From positions 4,245,784 to 4,309,783 of the forward strand of contig JAUPSS010000004.1 in assembly GCA_040285825.1 (NCBI GenBank): DNA of 64,000 nucleotides. The letters are read 5' to 3'. The position numbers and the translations under genes are program-made. Shown in pieces: positions 60,130 to 64,000 of this stretch. How positions within the stretch are numbered: position 1 is the stretch's first letter; each line of letters begins with the position of its first letter. Origin of the DNA: Eukaryota sp. TZLM1-RC (taxonomy: Eukaryota; Protista; Metamonada: BaSk clade). Under the pieces are notes generated by a model. It was given only the letters and a program-made list of their open reading frames with translations, made no database searches and was not told where the DNA came from.

Positions 60130-61490
60130 TTAAACCTCCACAGCCTCAAAATCTGCTTCCCTCACATCGAAACAGTTAATTACTAAAGATTCAGAAAATT
60201 TACCAAAAGAACAAAGTGAACACTCCCTTATTAATAGAAATTACAGTCCTGTTTTGCCAGTACACACGATTGAAAAATTTTTCCAGTTCGTTTCTTTACA
60301 ACTACATTAAGATGCTCAAAAAAAGCCATAGCAGCCTTACCTAAAGCTCGAAGCAAAGAAAAAACAAAAGGGCATAAATTATATTGGGCATGAGAATTTT
60401 CATTTACAGAGAAAATGGGTTTTGCTTATTAAAATAATAATAATAATAATAAAATAATTGATAATTAATAAAATAAAAGATACCGAGGGAGGGTTGACCT
60501 CAAAATATGAGTGAATTTTCCCGAATATCAAACTTTTAAAATATTTGATCAGTTTTTCATTGTCGCCTTCAGCAATAAAATACGAAATAAAAGATACCGA
60601 GGGAGGGTTGACCTCAAAATATGAGTGAATTTTCCCGAATATCAAACTTTTAAAATATTTGATCAGTTTTTCATTGTCGCCTTCAGCAATAAATTACGAT
60701 CCTGGCCAAGTTTCTCCAATAAATTTTTAAAATGGGAATATATCTCATCCAAATTACCAAGCCAACATTCAAGAAACTTAAACGCTTGATGGTCATAAAT
60801 AATAAAAGGAATCTGAGTACCAACAATTAATAAAGATTGTTGTTTTTACCAATCAAGAGAGACATTTAGATCGGTTCAAAGCTAATCCAATTTCTTTGTA
60901 TCTCGCAGCAATGCCCTCAGAAACCCTACAAAAGCTTTCAAAAGAATCGATAATAGAAATATCATCCATATAAGGAACAATGCGCAATTCAGGGAATCAC
61001 TTTTGGGTCATTTCAATAATGTTATGAATAACCAAACAGAAGAGCAAAGGGCCAAGAGGCTCGCCTTGTTTCACACCAGAAGAAGATTCAAGGGTAAGGG
61101 AGTCAAAAATTAAGTCCGACTTTTTATTATAAGTTAAATAAAAATATGCTGAAAGTTCAGGAAATTCTTGAAGAAGCACATCATAAATACAGTTACGCTC
61201 TACGGAATAAAATGCATTTTTAAAAGCCAAATTGAAAATATACTGGTGTTGCTGACTATTGGAAAAACATCTGAAGTCATTGAAGCAACAGAAACACCTT
61301 CAATAGTCTTAATACCAAATTGGAAAGGCTTCAAATAATCCCTCGCCTTAATAGAAATTCTGTTTAAAATAAGAGAAGAAAGCAATCTGGTTAAAGACTC
61401 TCCAATAGCAATGGGTCTAACTCCATCTGGTTCGTTACTTTTTCCAGGTTTAACTAAAACAACTAATCTGGCAGCACTCAAGTAATTTGT
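60130..61490 (-). mobile_element. Degenerate, internally deleted non-LTR subfamily A
   Basis: KPGK..GVRPIAIGESLTRL, QFG, GVKQGEPLGP; 3' end similar to 2274-2560. Confidence 0.85.
60471..60692 (+). repeat. Tandem duplication, period 114 bp
   Basis: AAATAAAAGATACCGAGGG...CTTCAGCAATAAA at 60471 and 60585. Confidence 0.9.
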
Positions 61491-62216
61491 TATTGAACAT
61501 GAATAATCTTTTCAAGTCCCTTATTTTACCTAATACCACCACAAAAATTTTCACACATTACTAGCAAACATAGTTGGAATAGTTATAAAGAAATTCTTGT
61601 AATGTGGGCGTAATAGTAATTACTAATTTCTGTGTTTGTAATGAAGAAATACTAAGATTCATTTTTCATAACCATAGTTTTCACTAATGCTTGCTTTAAG
61701 ACATACATTGACCATTGTGATATAGAATACCATACAACTAAAAAATAATAAGAAATGCTCACAAACTGCATTTTATCCAATCCACCTCTGAACCTGCGAA
61801 GTGGACATCATCATTTTCATCTAGATGCGATTTTGTGGTGTAAAGGTTAATGTGATACTTATAGGTGAAATATGTCAAATTACTAACACACTCAATTGTG
61901 TCAGTAAAAGGGATTCTATTGTCAACGAGAATTGATGGTAATAAACAAGATATAGTTTTGAATTCATTCACAGTACCTATAGCAAGGATGTAAGTAGAAT
62001 TCTTAGTGCACATATTGATTCACTCATTTATGTCCTGACCTTTGATTTTGCCAAGATTTAAAGTTGAATTACAAATTAGCGTGGTTAACACGTCATACAA
62101 TTTATAATTTATTTCAAGATTTGAAGTCATAAAAGCAAAATTTTATCATACAAATATAAACAGAAAATCGAGCATATGTAACTCACACCAACAAAAAATT
62201 GGAAAAATGACAAAAA

Positions 62217-63389
62217 CTAACCAATTCGAGATTCAGATTCAATTAAATCCTTGGGTACAATTTTTCTGACCAGGGAATCACCCATAACCCTTCGTTCATG
62301 ATCAGAAAAGTCGAAAAGGAGCGGAAGCGGTTGTCCATTTGGCAAGGTTCCATCGACTACCCTGAGTTCATCAAAGAAAGGATGTGCCAGTGCTTCATAA
62401 GCAGTAAATCTCTTATCAGGCTGATATACTAGAAGATTTGCTATCAAGTCAACGCCATCTGCAGGAGTTTTGGGTCTAAAAACCTTGAGTAAGAAATAAA
62501 AAGCAACAAACACTGGACCAGTTAGCATGTTTGACAGAAGGGAAATGGTAATCCGTGTAATCAGGGTTCATGGCAGCAATATCCTTGGGTGATGGAGTAC
62601 CCAAAACCTTGATAATTTCCACAAGTTGGTCAACAGCAGACTCGCCAGGAAACAGAGGTTGACCTAAAAAAATCTCTGCAATCACACAGCCGGCAGACCA
62701 AACGTCTACTTGAGTTGTGTAGTATGCGGCACCAAAGATCAGTTCCGGGGCACGGTAATATCTAATGTTAGCAATGTTTGAAGAGAGACAAACCGTGAGC
62801 ATATATAAGCAACATTTCCTTCAGTGGGGAGAAGTCTCTTGGCTGAGCCAAAATCGCAGAGTTTAAGAACTCCTGACACGGGGTCAACCAGTAGGTTCTG
62901 GGGCTTGATGTCCCGGTGGCATATAGAAAGGGAATGCATGTAACCCAGAGATCTCAATAGTTGATAAGCATAAAGTTTAATAAAGAATGGTGCCAACGTT
63001 TGACGTCGTTTGCTATAAAACCGACATATTCTATACAGAGATTCTGGTAAATACTCCAAAATAAGACAAAGATAAACTTCTCCATCTGACTGTCCATTGG
63101 TGTAAAACCAGTGGCGAAGCTTAATGATGTTAGTATGATTCAATTCTCTCATAATGGCAAGCTCTCGGTTTTTAAAATGACAGTTTTCGAGTGTCTTTTT
63201 TAGTGCAAGAGGTTCACCATTGTCAGCCATCCCATAGTAAACAGTACCAAAAGAACCCTGTCCAACAGTTTTCTCGAGAGTTAAGCGAAGACGTTGTCCT
63301 GAAGTGGGTTCGAAAGAAATGGAATCTCCTAAGCGCACTTCTCTCATATAAGGTTTAGGAAGATTGTCATGAGAAGAGCGATGATGCAT
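62217..63389 (-). CDS. GSK3: Glycogen synthase kinase 3 / Shaggy-like kinase; introns at 62762-62793 and 62484-62511
   Basis: [37 protein letters not shown]|[31 protein letters not shown]. Confidence 0.96.
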
Positions 63390-63772
63390 GTGTGGATTTG
63401 ATGAGTTAAATTGGTTTGAGAGATGGAATTGAATTTTTCTGGGTGAAGTGAACATCAAAGAAATTCCAAACACCTAGACTATCTGTCAGTGTTCTTTCAC
63501 CACCTCAATTTGTCACTCTTTGTCTCACATGGGTCTTACGTTACACTATAGCTCCAAGCAGTCGTCATCAAGCATCCTCTATTGTGCTATTCATTTTCAT
63601 TATGTGGTGCAACACTGAAGTTCTTTTCAAACTCAAGAATCTTTTCAGTGACCTTTATGAATTCTTATGAAATGCTTAAGTTCCTTATATTAATTTTATA
63701 TTCTATTATATCTGCAATATCTAATAGCTATCCTGAGAGCATCTCCTTGACCACATACCCATTTTAAACGTG

Positions 63773-63844
63773 TCTCTCATAGTGTAATGGCTAGCACGCC
63801 AGACTTTGAATCTGGCAATCTGAGTTCGATTCTCAGTGAGAGAA
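63773..63844 (+). tRNA. tRNA-Gln (TTG)
   Basis: Acceptor TCTCTCA/TGAGAGA; anticodon arm CCAGA-CTTTGAA-TCTGG; T arm CTGAG-TTCGATT-CTCAG; 72 nt followed by a T run. Confidence 0.95.
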
Positions 63845-64000
63845 TGTTTTGGTCACCGTTGGTTGAAATCAGTTAAAATGGCTCACATTAATAAAAGCCG
63901 TATGGTGTGATTTTACTGTATGGTAGGATTTCTGCCAGTGGTTATTTATGGAATTGCCAACTCATATGATAATATTGGATCTTGTTAATTGTGAATAATG

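Overview
AT-rich, gene-dense eukaryotic (protist-like) DNA using the standard genetic code. It has tiny 27-32 nt spliceosomal introns whose branch point sits at a fixed distance from the 3' splice site, a metamonad-like layout (lineage is inference only). Host genes include a multi-pass membrane protein, two coiled-coil hypotheticals, an LPLAT acyltransferase, a CobD-like PLP enzyme, BET3, MAD1, AAR2, a PrsW-family protease, a secreted TSP-C-like protein, EBP2, a DAACS transporter, GSK3 and tRNA-Gln. These are interleaved with dense mobile DNA: (i) many truncated, nested RLE-type (CRE-like) non-LTR retrotransposons of at least four subfamilies; (ii) two inverted chromodomain-bearing Ty3/Gypsy elements with about 80-bp LTRs and no tRNA-type PBS, both carrying the same nested non-LTR insertion; and (iii) the main find, three degenerate copies of a Fanzor1-type (eukaryotic TnpB/Cas12 relative) RNA-guided nuclease gene. 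Each Fanzor copy is followed by a structured putative omegaRNA region that runs directly into the 3' end of a hAT transposase and a hAT-like terminus. All Fanzor and retroelement copies in the window are broken by stops or frameshifts. Family assignments come from motif recognition by eye, not database searches, and many element boundaries are approximate.
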